Source: Squalus acanthias
Lineage: Eukaryota
NCBI GenBank assembly: GCA_030390025.1
Contig: CM059432.1
Coordinates: 61,010,001 to 61,074,000 of the forward strand
Length of the DNA: 64,000 nt
Reading direction: 5' to 3'
Both the position numbers and the translations under genes were made by a program. Shown here piece by piece: positions 25,560 through 39,280 of the stretch (its first letter is position 1; each line of letters opens with the position of its first letter). Under the pieces are notes generated by a model, which worked only from the letters and a program-made list of their open reading frames with translations, did not search any database and had not been told where the DNA came from.

Positions 25560-26670
25560 AGGAATGGACCACAAGGATAGGAGGATGGTAATGGTGGGCG
25601 ATTCTATAATCAGGGGAATTGCCAGTCTTTTTTGCAGTGAACCATGTGTCCTGAAGGTTATTTTGCCCCCCTGGGTACTAGGACGAACGATATCATAGGA
25701 CAGATGGTAAAAGTTCTGGGAAGGGAGGGAGAACAATTAATAGTCTAGGTTCATGTTGGAATAGGTAGATGTACATTTGAGCTGCTGCAAAGGTAGTTTA
25801 AGGAGCTAGGCACTAGATTGAAAAACAAGACCTCAAGGGTAGTAATCCTCATACTGCTTCCCATGTCACAAACTGGACAGATTAAGGAAAGGCAGATTAC
25901 ACAGGTTAAAGCATGGCTGCAGGGCTGGTGCAGGAAGGTAGGGTTCATATTCTGGGTGCACTGGAGCAAGTTCTGGAACTAAGGAAGACTATACCGAAGG
26001 AACAGCTTTCATCTGAACTGAAATGTACTTGCGGAGAGGGTAAATAAAGCAATGAGGGAGAATTTAAACTAGTACAGCAGGAACTTGGGAAAAGTCTAGG
26101 CTTGGGTCTAGATAGAGAGAGAGAGATTAATAAAGCTATTGGAATAGCAGCTTAAATATTGAAAAAATATTACAAGGAGAATGGAAAAGCGAGAGGCTTT
26201 GAAGTAGCAAGAGATAAAAAAAAGCACTTGTAGAATGGGCAAGGGATTTGAAAAAGTTAAATGAGAAAACTTGGGAGTCAGGATTTACCAGTATGTATGT
26301 GAATGCACAAAGCATTCACAACAAAATTGGAGACTTAGAAGTATTAATAATTATGGAAGGATGTGACATTGTTTAGGTTTGGACTGGAAATTTTATATTC
26401 CTTGTTATAACTTTATCAGGATTAATAAAAGATTTGATCACAGCAGTAGAACATGAGGTTGTTCTAGGGATTTGTGTTGAACTAGAATCCGCATGTACAG
26501 AGTTAAGGAGCAGAAGGGTAAGTGGTACCATTCTCAATGTGCAGTGCAAGCTACCAAACAGTGGAGATGAGATAGAGGTGGATATCTGTAAACAGTTTAG
26601 AGAGAAAAACAAGAACAGGGCAATAATATTGGATGATTTTAACTATCCCAAGAAAGACTGGGATAAAGAA
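25560..26670 (+). mobile_element. Old CR1 ORF1/endonuclease fragment
   Basis: Decayed VGDSIIRG, TSRVVI, YVNAQSI and ILDDFNYP motifs. Confidence 0.65.
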
Positions 26671-26959
26671 AAATAAAGAACTTGCATTTATTTAGTGTCT
26701 TTCACATCCTCAGGAGGTCCCAAAGTGATTTACAGCCAATGAGTTACTTTAAAAGTATTCACTTTTGTTTTGTAGGCAAATGCACCAACCAATTTGTGCA
26801 AAGCAAGGTCCCACAAACAACATAAGAGGAGAAGCATTGAGAGGAGAGGTGGTGGCCCAGTCTTAGCTCATTCCCATCCATAAACGTGGGCCTGCAGACC
26901 AGGGTCCCAAAATAGTGATCATCTACGGCACATATGCATTCAGGAAAAGATGTCAGTCT

Positions 26960-27230
26960 TGCCTTGGCAGCATTCTTGCATCTAAGTCAGAAGGTTGTGG
27001 GTTCCCATTCCAGAGACTTGAGCACATAAGCAATGCTGACACTATAGTGAAATACTGAGGACACGCTGCACTGTCAGAGATGCCGTATTTCGGATGCAAT
27101 GTTAAACTGAGGCCCCATCTGGATTTGCGGGTGGATATAGAAGATCCCATGGCACTATTCGAATAACAGGGGAGTTTTCCCGATGTCCTGGCAAATATTT
27201 ATCCTTTAACCAACACCATTAAAACAGATT
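26960..27230 (+). mobile_element. DeuSINE-type (SacSINE1-like) SINE fragment
   Basis: Shares the tgccgt.tttcggatg..gttaaac..agatcccatggcactatt core with the other copies. Confidence 0.7.
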
Positions 27231-28530
27231 GGCTTAGAAATTCATTAGCGCCACACCCATTTTATTAGCACTACACCCATTTTATTAGTGCCACGCCCAT
27301 TTTATTAGTGCCACACCCGTTTTATTAGTGCCACACCCATTTTATTAGTGCCACAACCATTTTATTAGCACTACACCCATTTTATTAGTGCCACGCCCAT
27401 TTTATTAGTGCCACACCCATTTTATTAGTGCCATGCCCATTTTATTAGTGCCACAACCATTTTATTAGCACCACACCCATTTTATTAGTGCCACACCCAT
27501 TTTATTAGCGCCACACCCATTTTATTAGCACCACACCCATTTTATTAGCACCACACCTATTTTATTAGCACTACACCCATTTTATTAGCACCACACCCAT
27601 TTTATTAGCACTACACCCATTTTATTAGTGCCACACCCATTTTTCAAGCGCATCCAATATGGCAGCTGACTGATGTTTGAGCTACTGCAAAGGTAGTTTA
27701 AGGAATTAGGCACGCACCGGAAGTGCGCCACTCGTCATATTGGATCGGGCTGCTCCGTAGGCTTCCAGAGTACTTGCTGGAAATATGTTAATTAAAATAT
27801 TTAAATAAGGGGTTTATGCTTGTTGTAGGACACTTTTGTGATATTGATCTGCCCCAGCGCCTGACTCGCCATGTATAAACTCACTTAGCAAATTGTGGCA
27901 CTAAAAGGCAGGAAGGACCCTTCAGCAATGCTATTTAAAAGGCTCATCCACTACAAATAGGTTAGTAGCTGATTTGTCCTTTTAGGCTGCTGGATAACTT
28001 CTGTGCGTTCTTTGGCCTGTTTTCTGACTTACAAAACTCAATTCTGACTTCTGAGAAGAAGTTTTTGCTGGTGCTTCACAGTTTTTGGCTGCCTTCAAAA
28101 CAGTTTTACTGCAGTCACAGGTAGTCTGGTAGGGCTGCCTTTGGGCTGGAGGACGAGGGGCTACGTCATCTGCTGCAGCCACAACTCGAGCCTCGAACCA
28201 GGGCATGGACAACACTGTCTGTGGCAGTCAAGGTCACTGTGGCCCTTAACTTTTATGTAACAGGCTCCTTCCAGGATGCAGCAGGTCACATCTGCGACAT
28301 TTCACAGTTTGCAGTACACGATTGTATCATGGAGGCCACCGAGGCTCTCTAAGCAGGAGAAACACCTACATCTCTTTCCCCATGGACAGAGTGAAACAGG
28401 ACAAGAGAGCATTAGGCTTCTCCCACATTAAAGGCATCCCCTGGGTCCAAGCTGCCATAGACTGTACCCTTAGGCAGTATCAGGCAAGTCTGTACCTGGT
28501 TTCCTGGCAGCAGTCATGATGCATTCATCC
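27231..28530 (+). mobile_element. PIF/Harbinger relic (left end plus transposase fragment 28185-28530)
   Basis: TIR-like ggcttagaaatt, then LSVAVKVTVALNFYVTGSFQ..ICDISQFAVH and GIPWVQAAIDCT. Confidence 0.7.
27244..27640 (+). repeat. Minisatellite, ~20 copies of a 20-bp unit (ATTAGYRCCACACCCATTTT)
   Basis: Strict 20-bp period with no spacers. Confidence 0.95.
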
Positions 28531-29589
28531 TGCACCTGTCCTCTGTACTGCCTTTGTCAGACTTGGCCAGCCCTTAATGTGTGGATTGTTCAGTGAAATA
28601 AATGTATAAGAGAAATGTTCAGAAGCAACATGAATTAGCACTCCAGAGAATATAAATCCAATCTTCAGAGTCAGTGTACTGTTAGCTGAGTCTACAGAGC
28701 AGAGAGCGCAGCAGTGCTGCAACTAGTATCCTTATGGGCAGATCTGACAAGTGACAAACACAGCATACAGTGGGGTAAAAACTGGCAATTCACTTAATCT
28801 GTTACAATATTGTTTATGTATGTCTCAATACTATTTCAATATGCAATACACACCAGGATAAAAGCTGGCAGTTTCCATCTATCTGGTATGATAATGCTAC
28901 ATTTACAATAGTGACTAAACTTCAAAAGAAATTAATGGGCTGTAAAGCTCTTTAGGATGTCCTGAGGTCGTAAAAGACACTATATAAATGCAAGTTCTTT
29001 CTTTGAAGCTCACAGGTGTCTCAATGTAGCTCCTATGCATACACAATACAAGCTGTGGTAAAAACTGGCAATTCGCTCTGGTACAATGTACACATTTATA
29101 AATTGGTCTTATATGACTGTGATAGCTGGCAAACTGCTAATTGAGAGCAGGACAAGCTGTATAGATGATAGAGGAGCTGACATTCTTTTGGTACCTCCAG
29201 TATGTACCAAAGCAATGTAAATGATGTATGTCGATCATAGAAGTCATGTATCACTCCTGTACATAGTAACTATGCATATGCAATAATTATCTATCTCCAT
29301 CAATGGCTGGAGACGGTTCACACAGTTCAGCATTAGTAAAATCACTTTCCTGGTTTTCCAATGTGTTCTGGTGGTGGGTTAGGTACATTGCCACGAGTGA
29401 GGACTCAGACAATGTACTCAATATTACAGACAGATTGTGCAGAATCAGTGGATAGGCCAATTCATGAATGACGAATGGCCAATCCCATACAGCTAGGTCT
29501 ACGAAATTCCAGTGGGGGTGGGGGGCAGTGGAAGAGGGCAAATATTCCGCCTGTACTCTTCCCACATGCCTGGGTGAGATCCCAGCTAG

Positions 29590-30040
29590 GGCTCAGTTGG
29601 TAGCACTCTCACCTCTGAATCAGAAAGGCCGTGGGTTCAAGTCCCACTCCAGAGACTTCAGCATAAAAATGTAGGTGGCCACTCCAGTGCAGTACTGAAA
29701 GAGTGCTGTAGTGTCAGAGGTGCTGTAGTATCAGATGAGACATTAAACAGAGGCCCTGTCTGCTTTCTCAGGTGGATGTAAAAGATCCCATGGCACTATT
29801 TCAAAGAAGAGCAGGAGAGTTATCCCTGGTGTCCTGGCCAATATTTATCTCTCAATCAACATCAATAAAACAGATTATCTGGTCATTATCACATTGCTGT
29901 TTGTGGACCTTGCTGTGTGCAAATTGGCTGCCGCGTGTCCTACATTACAACAGTGGCTACGCTCCAAAAGTACTTCATTGGCTGTAAAGCACTTTGGGAT
30001 GCCGTGAAAGGCACTATATAAATGAAAGTTTTTCTTTTTT
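29590..30040 (+). mobile_element. Near full-length DeuSINE-type SINE
   Basis: tRNA-like head with B box (gggttcaagtccc), Deu-like core and L2-like tail (ggcactatataaatg). Confidence 0.75.
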
Positions 30041-32389
30041 CCCCGAGCTACCCCAAGAATTCTGCATAGTCCACCCTCGGTAAGCCTCAGAAGAACTTAC
30101 TTCGGCTGAGAGTTGGCATGAGTCCTGTAGAGGCCCCAGAAAAGGTCATCAGCCAAAGGTAATCGATCCCAAAGGGAATCAATTAACTTAAACAGAAGTG
30201 CCAATAAATCCATTGGGATCTTAACTACCTTTTGTCAGACTTTCCTGGGGCCCCTCTTCTGCTCTTGGAGCGGTGTAGTGCTGCTCCAATTTTCTGTGCC
30301 CCCATCCAAACAGGCGCTGCTGATGTGCCCTTATAGGCACAGGCCATCACCTCACATTTGCAGATATCCCTGTCCCTGATGTTTGGACCAGGATCTGTGT
30401 CTTTGCACATGGGCATACTTAAGGCCCATACCACCACACTTCCACCAGGGGAGTGGACTGATTGGAATTTCGGCCCTCTGATGTTTGATTTCCGTTCATG
30501 CACAACCCCTTAAATTACATTTCTTTAAATGTAACATTAATATAATGTTTTTATTGTGCATTATTATAATAGATGATAGTCATACAAGGCAAAACTTAAC
30601 AAAAGGAAACTCATACTTCACTAATTGAAGATGGTACTTTCTGCTTTAGCATTAAATTCAGAGGCAGATTTCACAGAAACCAGAAGTATGCTTCAAATTT
30701 CCGGCCTATTTTTGTATGATTTGCAGTTGTGCAATGCCCTTGTACATTTTTCTTTCTCCACAAAGACGCTGGTCTCCTCCTCGATCTTGAAAAATGTTTC
30801 TTCTATAGATCCACAAAGCTCTTTCACTGGTATGAACTTGAAAGTATGGACCAACAAGAAAACAAATTATCTCAGTATTTTCAGAACAGCTGTTTAATTT
30901 TGTGTAGAGGAAAACATGACTGGGGTGTGCTGAATAGAAAATAAGCTATGGCTGGGACTGAGAGTGAACAAAATCTGACCCTTGACAATGTTGCAGCCTC
31001 GAATGGACTTCCAAATATATCTAGTTGCTTTTTAATAATACATACATTTCATTATTGCTTACATGTCATGAAAGCATTGATGTTGGATTTGAGTTCATAT
31101 TAGCCTTGAAGTATTTGTTGGTGAGTTGTTGAGGGGTTAAATGAATGTTACTTTGAATTTTTAAGCATTAGAAAGAAAGCTGCTTAACACATGATTATCC
31201 TGTTTTCAGTAGGTGAGCTAAAAAGTGACTTTAACTCCTTCACAGCAGGACAGCCATTGAAGTGGAAGAAGCAATTATCCTCATAATCAGCTGTAAACTG
31301 CAATTAGGAGACATTTAAACAGGAAATAGACCTGGGAAGGCCACGGTAGCAGTTAACTGAGAAAAACTGCTGAAGAATGGGTGTTGCAGGATGAAGAGAG
31401 GTAGATTTATTACCCAGATGCTGGAAACCCTACACCTAGGTTAGGAAGAGAAGGAACACACTATGAGACTGATGATGATGTCCCCACAATAGTATCTTGT
31501 TTCATGGCATGAAAGGAGGTGGCAGAAAGCAGTCAGCCACCACAGTACTGGATTTGTTTGACTCAGCTATAGAACCCTCTCAATGGCCCAATAGTACCAT
31601 CAAAATTCCAGTTAGCTGTCAGTGAAAGCCTGCAGCTAGCCAGCACTCAAGAGGCTAAGTGCCACATGTCTGAAACAAAGTAGAAGCACAAAAGGGCAGC
31701 AGTCTGCCAAATCAGACTGACATTCAATTACTACATAATGGATGAAATACATTTACTACACTTGTTTTGCATTAATTAAAATAAAATAGCAAACCAGCAT
31801 AAGGTGGTAATAAATGGGATTGGAAAAACTAAGCATGAAAGTGGAAGAGAAAGTTTGGACAAAGATGGGATTTTCAGCTTTACGAAATATGTTAGCTGTT
31901 ACACCCTGCTACTTCTTGGGTTTTTTCTAACTTTTTTTTATACCAGATTATTTTGGCTTTCATATCTTAGATCACTACATGGAAGCCTGGGCCACTGATC
32001 CTTTTCCTTGAATTTCTTACCACTGTGGGAAGCTAATTACTCAAAACTGATTAATGACAAACTTTCAGTGATATACAAACTCAATCAATCAAACAAAGTT
32101 AAGTTTGAATTATTTCTCTCTCTAGCCTGCAACACTGCATCAAAATAAGCTTGGTACAGGAATCTGCTCTGTAGGCCCTTTTTTACAAACTGCTTATGCA
32201 CTGCGATTGGATTTAAAGGGACAGACACTAAATCAAAACTAGACAAAAATATTGCATTTTTGTCACAATCATTGGAAGGTATGTTGAATTGGTGCCTCAC
32301 GCACCAGTTTTCTGTACTGCATTGCGGATTCAGAACTAATTTCTCATCGTCATTTTCACCCTCCTACTCTGCCATGGCTTTGTCATCCA

Positions 32390-34080
32390 TAGAAACATAG
32401 AAAAATAGGAGCAGGAGTAGGCCATTTGGCCCTTCGAGCCTGCTCCACCATTCAATATGATCATGGCTGATCCTCTATCTCAATACCATATTCCCGCTCT
32501 CTCCCCATACCCCTTGATGCCTTTTGTGTCTAGAAATCTATCCATCTCCTTCTTAAATATATTCAGTGACTTGGCCTCCACAGCCTTCTGTGGTAGAGAA
32601 TTCCACAGGTTCACCACCCTCTGAGTGAAGAAATTTCTCCTCATCTCAGTGCTAAATGTCCTACCCCGTATCCTGAGACTGTGACACCTTGTTCTAGACC
32701 CCCCCGCCAGGGGAAACATCCTCCCTGCATCCAGACTGTCTAGCCCTGTCAGAATTTTATATGTTTCCACGAGATCCCCTCTCATTCTTCTAAACTCTAG
32801 TGAATACAGGCGTAATCGACCCAATCTCTCCTCATACGACAGTCCTGCAATCCCAGGAATCAGTCTGGTGAACCTTCGCTGCACTCCCTCTATGGCAAGT
32901 ATATCCTTTCTTAGGTAAGGAGACCAAAACTGCACACACTACTCCAGGTGTTGTCTCACCAAGGCCCTGTATAACTGTAGTAAAAAATGAGAAGTCGCAC
33001 AACACCAGGTTATAGTCCAACAGATTTATTTAATTAAATAAATCTGTTGGACTATAACCTGGTGTTGTGCGACTTCTCATTTTTGTCCACCCCAGTCCAA
33101 CGCCGGCATCTCCACATCATAACTGTAGTAAGACATCTTTGCTCCTGTACTCAAATCCTCTTGCAATGAAGGCCAACATACCATTTGCCTTCCTAACTCC
33201 TTGTTGCACCTGCATGTTTGCTTTCAGTGACTGGTGTACAAGGACACCCAGGTCCCTTTGTACATCAACATTTCCCAATCTATCACTATTTAAATAATAC
33301 TCTGCCTTTCTGTTTTTCCTACCAAAGTGGATAACTTCACATTTATCCACGTTATACTGCATTTACCATGTATTTGCCCACTCACTCAACTTGTCTAAAT
33401 CGCCTTGAAGCCTCTTTGCATCCTCCTCACAACTCACAATCCCACCTAGTTTTGTGTCGTCAGCAAACTTGGAAATATTACATTTGGTTCCCTCATCCAA
33501 ATCATTGATATATATTGTGAATAGCTGGGGCCCAAGCACTGATCCCTGCGGTACCCCACTAGTCACCGCCTGCCACCCCGAAAAAGACCCATTTATTCCT
33601 ACTCTCTGTTTCCTGTCTGTTAACCAATTTTCAATCCATGCCAGTATATTACCCCCAATCCCATGTGCTTTAATTTTGCACACTAACCTCTTATGTGGGA
33701 CTTTTATCAAAGGCCTTCTGAAAATCCAAATACACCACATCCACTGGTTCTCCCTTATCTATTCTACCAGTTACATCCTCAAAAAACTCCAGTAGGTTTG
33801 TCAAACACGATTTCCCTTTCATAAATCCATGTTGACTTTGTCTAATCCTGTTGATAGTTTCTAAGTGTCCTGTTATCACATCCTTTATAACAGACTCTAG
33901 CATTTTCCCTACTACTGATGTTAGGCTAACCGGTCTGTAGTTCCCGGTTTTCTCTCTCCCTCCTTTTTTAAATAGTGGGGTTATATTTGCCACCCTCCAA
34001 TCTGCAGGAACTATTCCATAATCTATAGAATTTTGGAAGATGACAACCAATGCATCCACTATTTCCATGGCTTCCTCTTT
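32390..34080 (-). mobile_element. 5'-truncated CR1 LINE (RT to 3' end) with frameshifts
   Basis: ORF pieces 33691-34068, 33363-33740, 33117-33362 and 32480-32935 tile CR1 ORF2. The tail is at ~32390. Confidence 0.9.
32984..33118. mobile_element. Penelope-like terminal fragment inserted as an inverted duplication
   Basis: 13-bp TSD ATAACTGTAGTAA (32971-83, 33119-31). The sequence is shared with 45071-45139. Confidence 0.7.
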
Positions 34081-34319
34081 TAGTACTGGTTATCAACCTG
34101 CATGGTGAGGCCTGCTTGCAGGAAAAAGTTATGGAACATGTAGCAGATGGTAGTTATCTGCCTATAAGGCACCTCCAATCAGTCAAGACATCTGAAGTGT
34201 TGCTTCAAGATTTCAAACTGTGTGTTCAATAATAATTCTGGCTGTAGCATAAGCTTTGTTTTACCTGCACTCTAATTCTGTCCATATTTGGTGTAAGGGT
34301 GTATTAGCTATGACTGCGG

Positions 34320-34700
34320 CAGGTAGCCTTGCTCTCCCAGGAGCCATCCTTTCATTTTTCCATCCCCTGTGGTACAGATGATTGTCTTAAAATGAAGGTA
34401 TTGTGACAGCTTCCAGGCAAATAGATCTGTATGATTCTATGCTGTTGCTTACATTTTAGCTGGACATTGAGAGAATAAAATCCATTTGAACTCATACGGA
34501 GCACAAGATTATCACAGTGGACCAAATGAGATGGCACTGCTCTGTCACAGCCTGCCTGCTAAATCTCAACCTCCGTAGACTCATTTCTTCTGTCATTCCC
34601 AGGTAGCTGTGCCTATAAACCTGTTGTGTTATGTAACGGAGGGGCCTGACGATATGCACTGTGTGCCACTTGATATCACAGGCAGACCTTTCCTACTCTT
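34320..34700 (-). mobile_element. PIF/Harbinger transposase fragment
   Basis: GFYSLNVQL..PGSCHNTFILRQSSVP. Confidence 0.65.
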
Positions 34701-36896
34701 GCTAGTCCTCCTCTGCCAATTGTAGTGCTAGTGAAGCACCAAATCCAATCTTCACAGTGTGCAAAGAAATTGAAGTTTCAGTTAAAATATGAAGCAGCTC
34801 TCCTTTCACTAAACAGTCCAAGACAAAAACTGCAGCCTCTACAAGCAACAGTGGTTCAGTGTCCGGGCTAGCAATACATCGCACATGCAACACTTTAGCA
34901 ATGGAATATGGTGTGCTATGCTGGGAATAACAAGGTTAATGACCATTATGCATGTCTTCAACACTGTAGCGCTCAAAACCAACTTTTATTTCATTACAAT
35001 TTTATAAAATTTAGGAAACAGGCAGTAAGTAAGGGCTAAACAACACTTATTGATTATCCCAACAGCAATTTCCAGGCTATTCTTGCATTGCTGCTGCTAA
35101 TCAACAAATCAAAATGAAAATATTTGTAAGTAAAATTCCCTGTTTTTAAGGTATGCTCTTGCTGTTCCTTTTTTTTGGAGAGTCCCTATGTCATGTCTCA
35201 TTACTGGATAAAAAGACAGCAGGCAAATTGTTCCCAGGGCTGTCCTAATGCTGCTCTGGAACTGATTGTAATTTTTTTTATGCATCTCTGTAACACGTTA
35301 TGATATACAAGGTCTTGGTGGCCCTATTGCTTCAACCACAAGCATTGTGAGTGCTTTGCAAACATCACATCAAAATGTTATCCAGTTTGGGTCACAAATG
35401 TATTTCACCACAGCTGCTGAATTTTTTGAAGTCCTTTGTGAGGGAAGGGACAGAGGGGGACTTTTAAAAGTTGGAAGTGCTTTTCAATACCAAAATGATA
35501 ATGCAGATTTTATCCTTGTTCTGTGCCAAGTCAGCTGATCTCAGTCAGTCAGCGGTGGGAGTACTAAATTGGCCTCAGCAGCCTCGAGGGGGAAAAATTG
35601 GCTTCCACTTCTGATTGCTGTCAACAAATACCTGCTAGAAATGCATGAATGGACAATGGGCAAGGATGGGATTGGGCTCCTCTGTGATACACCCCACAGT
35701 CAAACATACAGCCAACACTCACTTTAAAGACTCACACATGAATATGGTTACTGAGGAGAACTACTGCAGGGAACCTGATGTCTGTGCATCAGCAAGGAGT
35801 CAACACCTTCAGGAAAAGAGAGAAAATTAGCAGGGGGTAAAAAAAGAATACCCAGTAGAAATCTGTGAATAGCAGGCTCAGTATTAATGAGTTAATCAGG
35901 CAATGCTGATGAAATTCTGTCCTGTGTAAGGCGGTGCACTTGGCAAACCACTATTATTTTATGGAGGAATGGTGCCATGTATTTTAAAAATCATTCTGCT
36001 TGATTACATTTTGAAAAACTGAACTAAATAAACATTATGCAAAAAGGACTACACAGATTTTGAACTTAAAAAAAATCCTTTAGGCTTTCCAGAACAAGCA
36101 GGGAGCAGCGTTCATGCATTTATGCTGTGCCACAAGAAGTCAACTCTCTCGTGGAATTTCAGTTCAAAATTGTTAGAAAAAATGGATCATAATGTGTCAT
36201 TTCATATTTATTCAGTAGTATAAAACAGAGTTTCATGCTGCTGAATAAAACAGTAAGAAAACATTGCCTTGAGAAAGAGTGTGTCAGCATTAAAGCTCAA
36301 CCTAGTAGTTAATACGATATAATAATGCTTAAAGGGCAAGGAAACTCCACAGGTAATATTATAAATGTTATGTTGTTACAACAATACATGTCCTACATAT
36401 TTGAAAACAACCCTAAAAAAGGCATCTCAAGATTAAATAAACAAAAAACATGCACACTGATGTTAGGAAGTGGATACAGTCCAAGGGGATTCCTTTGACC
36501 AACACCAGTGAAATAGATCTCCTTCACTCTTTCGTTCAGCAAATAGAGTATTTATAGTAGCCTGCAGAGAAGACCTTAATCATGGGATTATTAGAAAAAA
36601 AATGTATGGAACACAATAAGCAGTACATCTGTGAATTCTCAGTATTTACTCAGTGTTTCCTTCACTTCTAAAAAATATAAAAGGAACAGAAACTAAAATC
36701 TTTATGTGACTGAATAAGTACAATGAGATTTTGGCTGATATTCTCTGATGAAGAACAAGTCCTTAACCATACCTAGAAACATAGAAGTATAGAAAAAGTT
36801 CACCAACAGCTTAGACAAATGCTGACAGGGCCTCAGAAAGCTGACAACTCAAAAGCAGCTCTGGTTATGGACCTATATGAAAACAATTAGACTTAA

Positions 36897-37388
36897 AGGT
36901 TCACTAGATTGATTCCTGGGATGAGAGGGTTGTCCTATGGGGAGAGATTGTGTAGATTGGACCTATATTCTCTGGAGTTTAGAAGAATGAGAGGTGATCT
37001 CATTGAAACATATAAGATTCTGAGGGGGATTGACAGGGTAGATGCTGAGAGGTTGTTTCCCCTGGCTGGAGTGTCTAGAACTAGGGGGCATAGTCTCAGG
37101 ATAAGGAGTCGGCCATTTAAGACTAAGATGAGGAGGAATTTCTTCAATCAGAGGGTTGTGAATCTTTGGAATTCTCTACCCCAAACAGCTGTGGATGCTC
37201 AGTCTTTGAGTATATTCAAGGCTGAGAGAGATAGATTTTTGGACTCATGGGAAATCAAGGGATATGGAGATCGGACGGGAAAGTGGAGTTGAGGTCGAAG
37301 ATCAGCCATGATCTTATTGAATGGTGGAGCAGGCTCGAGGGGTGGTATGGTCTACTCATGCTCCTATTTCTTATGTTCTTATATTCTT
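36897..37388 (+). mobile_element. CR1 LINE 3' fragment
   Basis: ORF 36909-37292 is a CR1 C-terminus followed by a (ttcttatg)n tail. Confidence 0.88.
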
Positions 37389-38059
37389 AAAGCACAGTGG
37401 CACATGGGCTTGCGGTATTTTAGCAGTAGGTATATCCAACATTTTATTAATTGCACTGCAGGGAAAAATACACATTAAAGCACAGTCTGTAGCAACAAAT
37501 TTAGACATTTCTGAAGGAGAGGACAAGATCTGAAGCCATTAGATTTAATTTCTAGGGGAGTCTAGACATGAGCCCTGGCGAATTTTGATATTTGACATTT
37601 TGGGCTCAAGTTTTCTCTACTATGCCTCCTGAAATCAGGTGGTATAGGGCAGGAAATGGAGGAAAATGAGGTAGGGAGGTCTATTGTTAGATCACCGCAC
37701 CTGCGCCTGCAAAACCGGCCGATTTCCCTGCTTTCCCACAGCAGTACTGCTGACTCCAGCTACCTGCACAAAAAGGGTGGTCATACAAGCCATGCAGCTG
37801 AGAGAAAAAACACACTGACAGCTATTGTGTGGCGGGGAGAAGACCTGGTCCTGGCCACTTTATCTTCTCCCAGGCCATCCTTATGCCAGCTGCAGCAATT
37901 TTTGTTCACGTAAAGACTTATTCCAAATTTTTTCTTGATCTCCAGGGCCTTTTCTCCCACCTTATTAAATCACTGCCTCCTTCTGGTGTTGCAGCAAGTT
38001 CCCCACTGCAGCACTGCTGAAATTCCCTGTCTTGCAGTGGTCGGCTCCCTCTGTAAAGG

Positions 38060-38460
38060 AAAGGAGCGCTTTTCATGACCTAAGAACATCTCAAAGCACT
38101 TTAGTCATGAAGTACTTTTGAAGTGTAGTCACTGTTGTAAATGTAGGAAATGCGGCAGCCAACTTGTGCACAGCAACGTGCCACAAACAGCAATGTGATA
38201 ATGATCAGGTAATCTGTTTTAGTGATGTTGGTTGAGGGATAAATATTGGCCAGGACACCGGGGAGACCTCCCCTGCTCTTCTTTGAAATCGTGCCATGGG
38301 ATCTTTTACATCTGAAAGAAGGCACCTCCGACAGTGCAGCACTCCATCAATATTGCACTGGAGTGTCAGCCTCGATTTTGTGCTCAAGTCTCTGGAGTAG
38401 GACTTCAACCCACAACCTTCTGATTCAGAGGCAAGAGTACCATCCACTGAGCGATAGTTG
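38060..38460 (-). mobile_element. DeuSINE-type SINE with an internal deletion
   Basis: Reverse complement of the 29590-30040 family. Confidence 0.72.
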
Positions 38461-39280
38461 GCTGGGAACAAAGATCCCAGTGGGAACCCACCTTGCATCT
38501 ATAATGAGGCCCGATCCACCAAAATGGATCATGGTCGAGGTGGTGGGCAGTTGCCTTACCCCAACCCACCTCCGGCACCGAACTTGCCCCAGAGGAAAAT
38601 CCAGTCCTTTATTTGTACATTTTCCAGCATTTTGAGGTCTATTGCAATAATGCCTTTCATAATTTCTCCCGGAAGGATTACAGGTATTTAAAAAAGAAAA
38701 TAAAGTAGCTTTACAGTACAACAGAACACAGTCCAGTTCCTGTCCTGCTGAGCATGATGCAGCAGCACACCTGAAAACTGACAGCAGTGGCTAATGGAGC
38801 ATCTCTGAGCAGTGCAGGAGCCTAGACGTTTGAAAGGAGCCAGATGATTTTGAAGCGCAAATGTGAGTAAAGCAGATGAGTGGCCAAATACTAGCTGTTA
38901 CATATGAATTTGTGCCTTATTGTACCAAGTGACTACACCAATATAGAACTAGTAAAGTACCTAGATAAAAAAAAGCAATGTAATAAATGTATCTAAACAC
39001 AGGGGTCGAAATTTTGTGGGGGTTCCACTGGTCTCCTGACCGTTACAGCAAGAGACCAGTGGAATATGGTTCCCAACCCAACTGCCGCAGGGAGTCGCGA
39101 CTGCATGGAACACAGTCGACAGAGGGCTGGAGAGTCAGGAATCGGGAAGCTTGGGAATTGCGGGTATCTGAACTTGTGAGCACTCTGAGATTGCGGGGCT
39201 TGATATTGTGGGGGGGGGGGGGAGCGCGCTCTGAAATCATGGAGGCTCGAGAGTGGTGGAAGAGAAGGAGACTGGGGGAT

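Noticed and set aside
27244..27640. CRISPR-like array
   Set aside because: The units are contiguous with no unique spacers, there are no cas genes, and the context is eukaryotic. It is a minisatellite.
29590..29660. tRNA gene
   Set aside because: The B-box head runs directly into a SINE body and no complete cloverleaf is evident.
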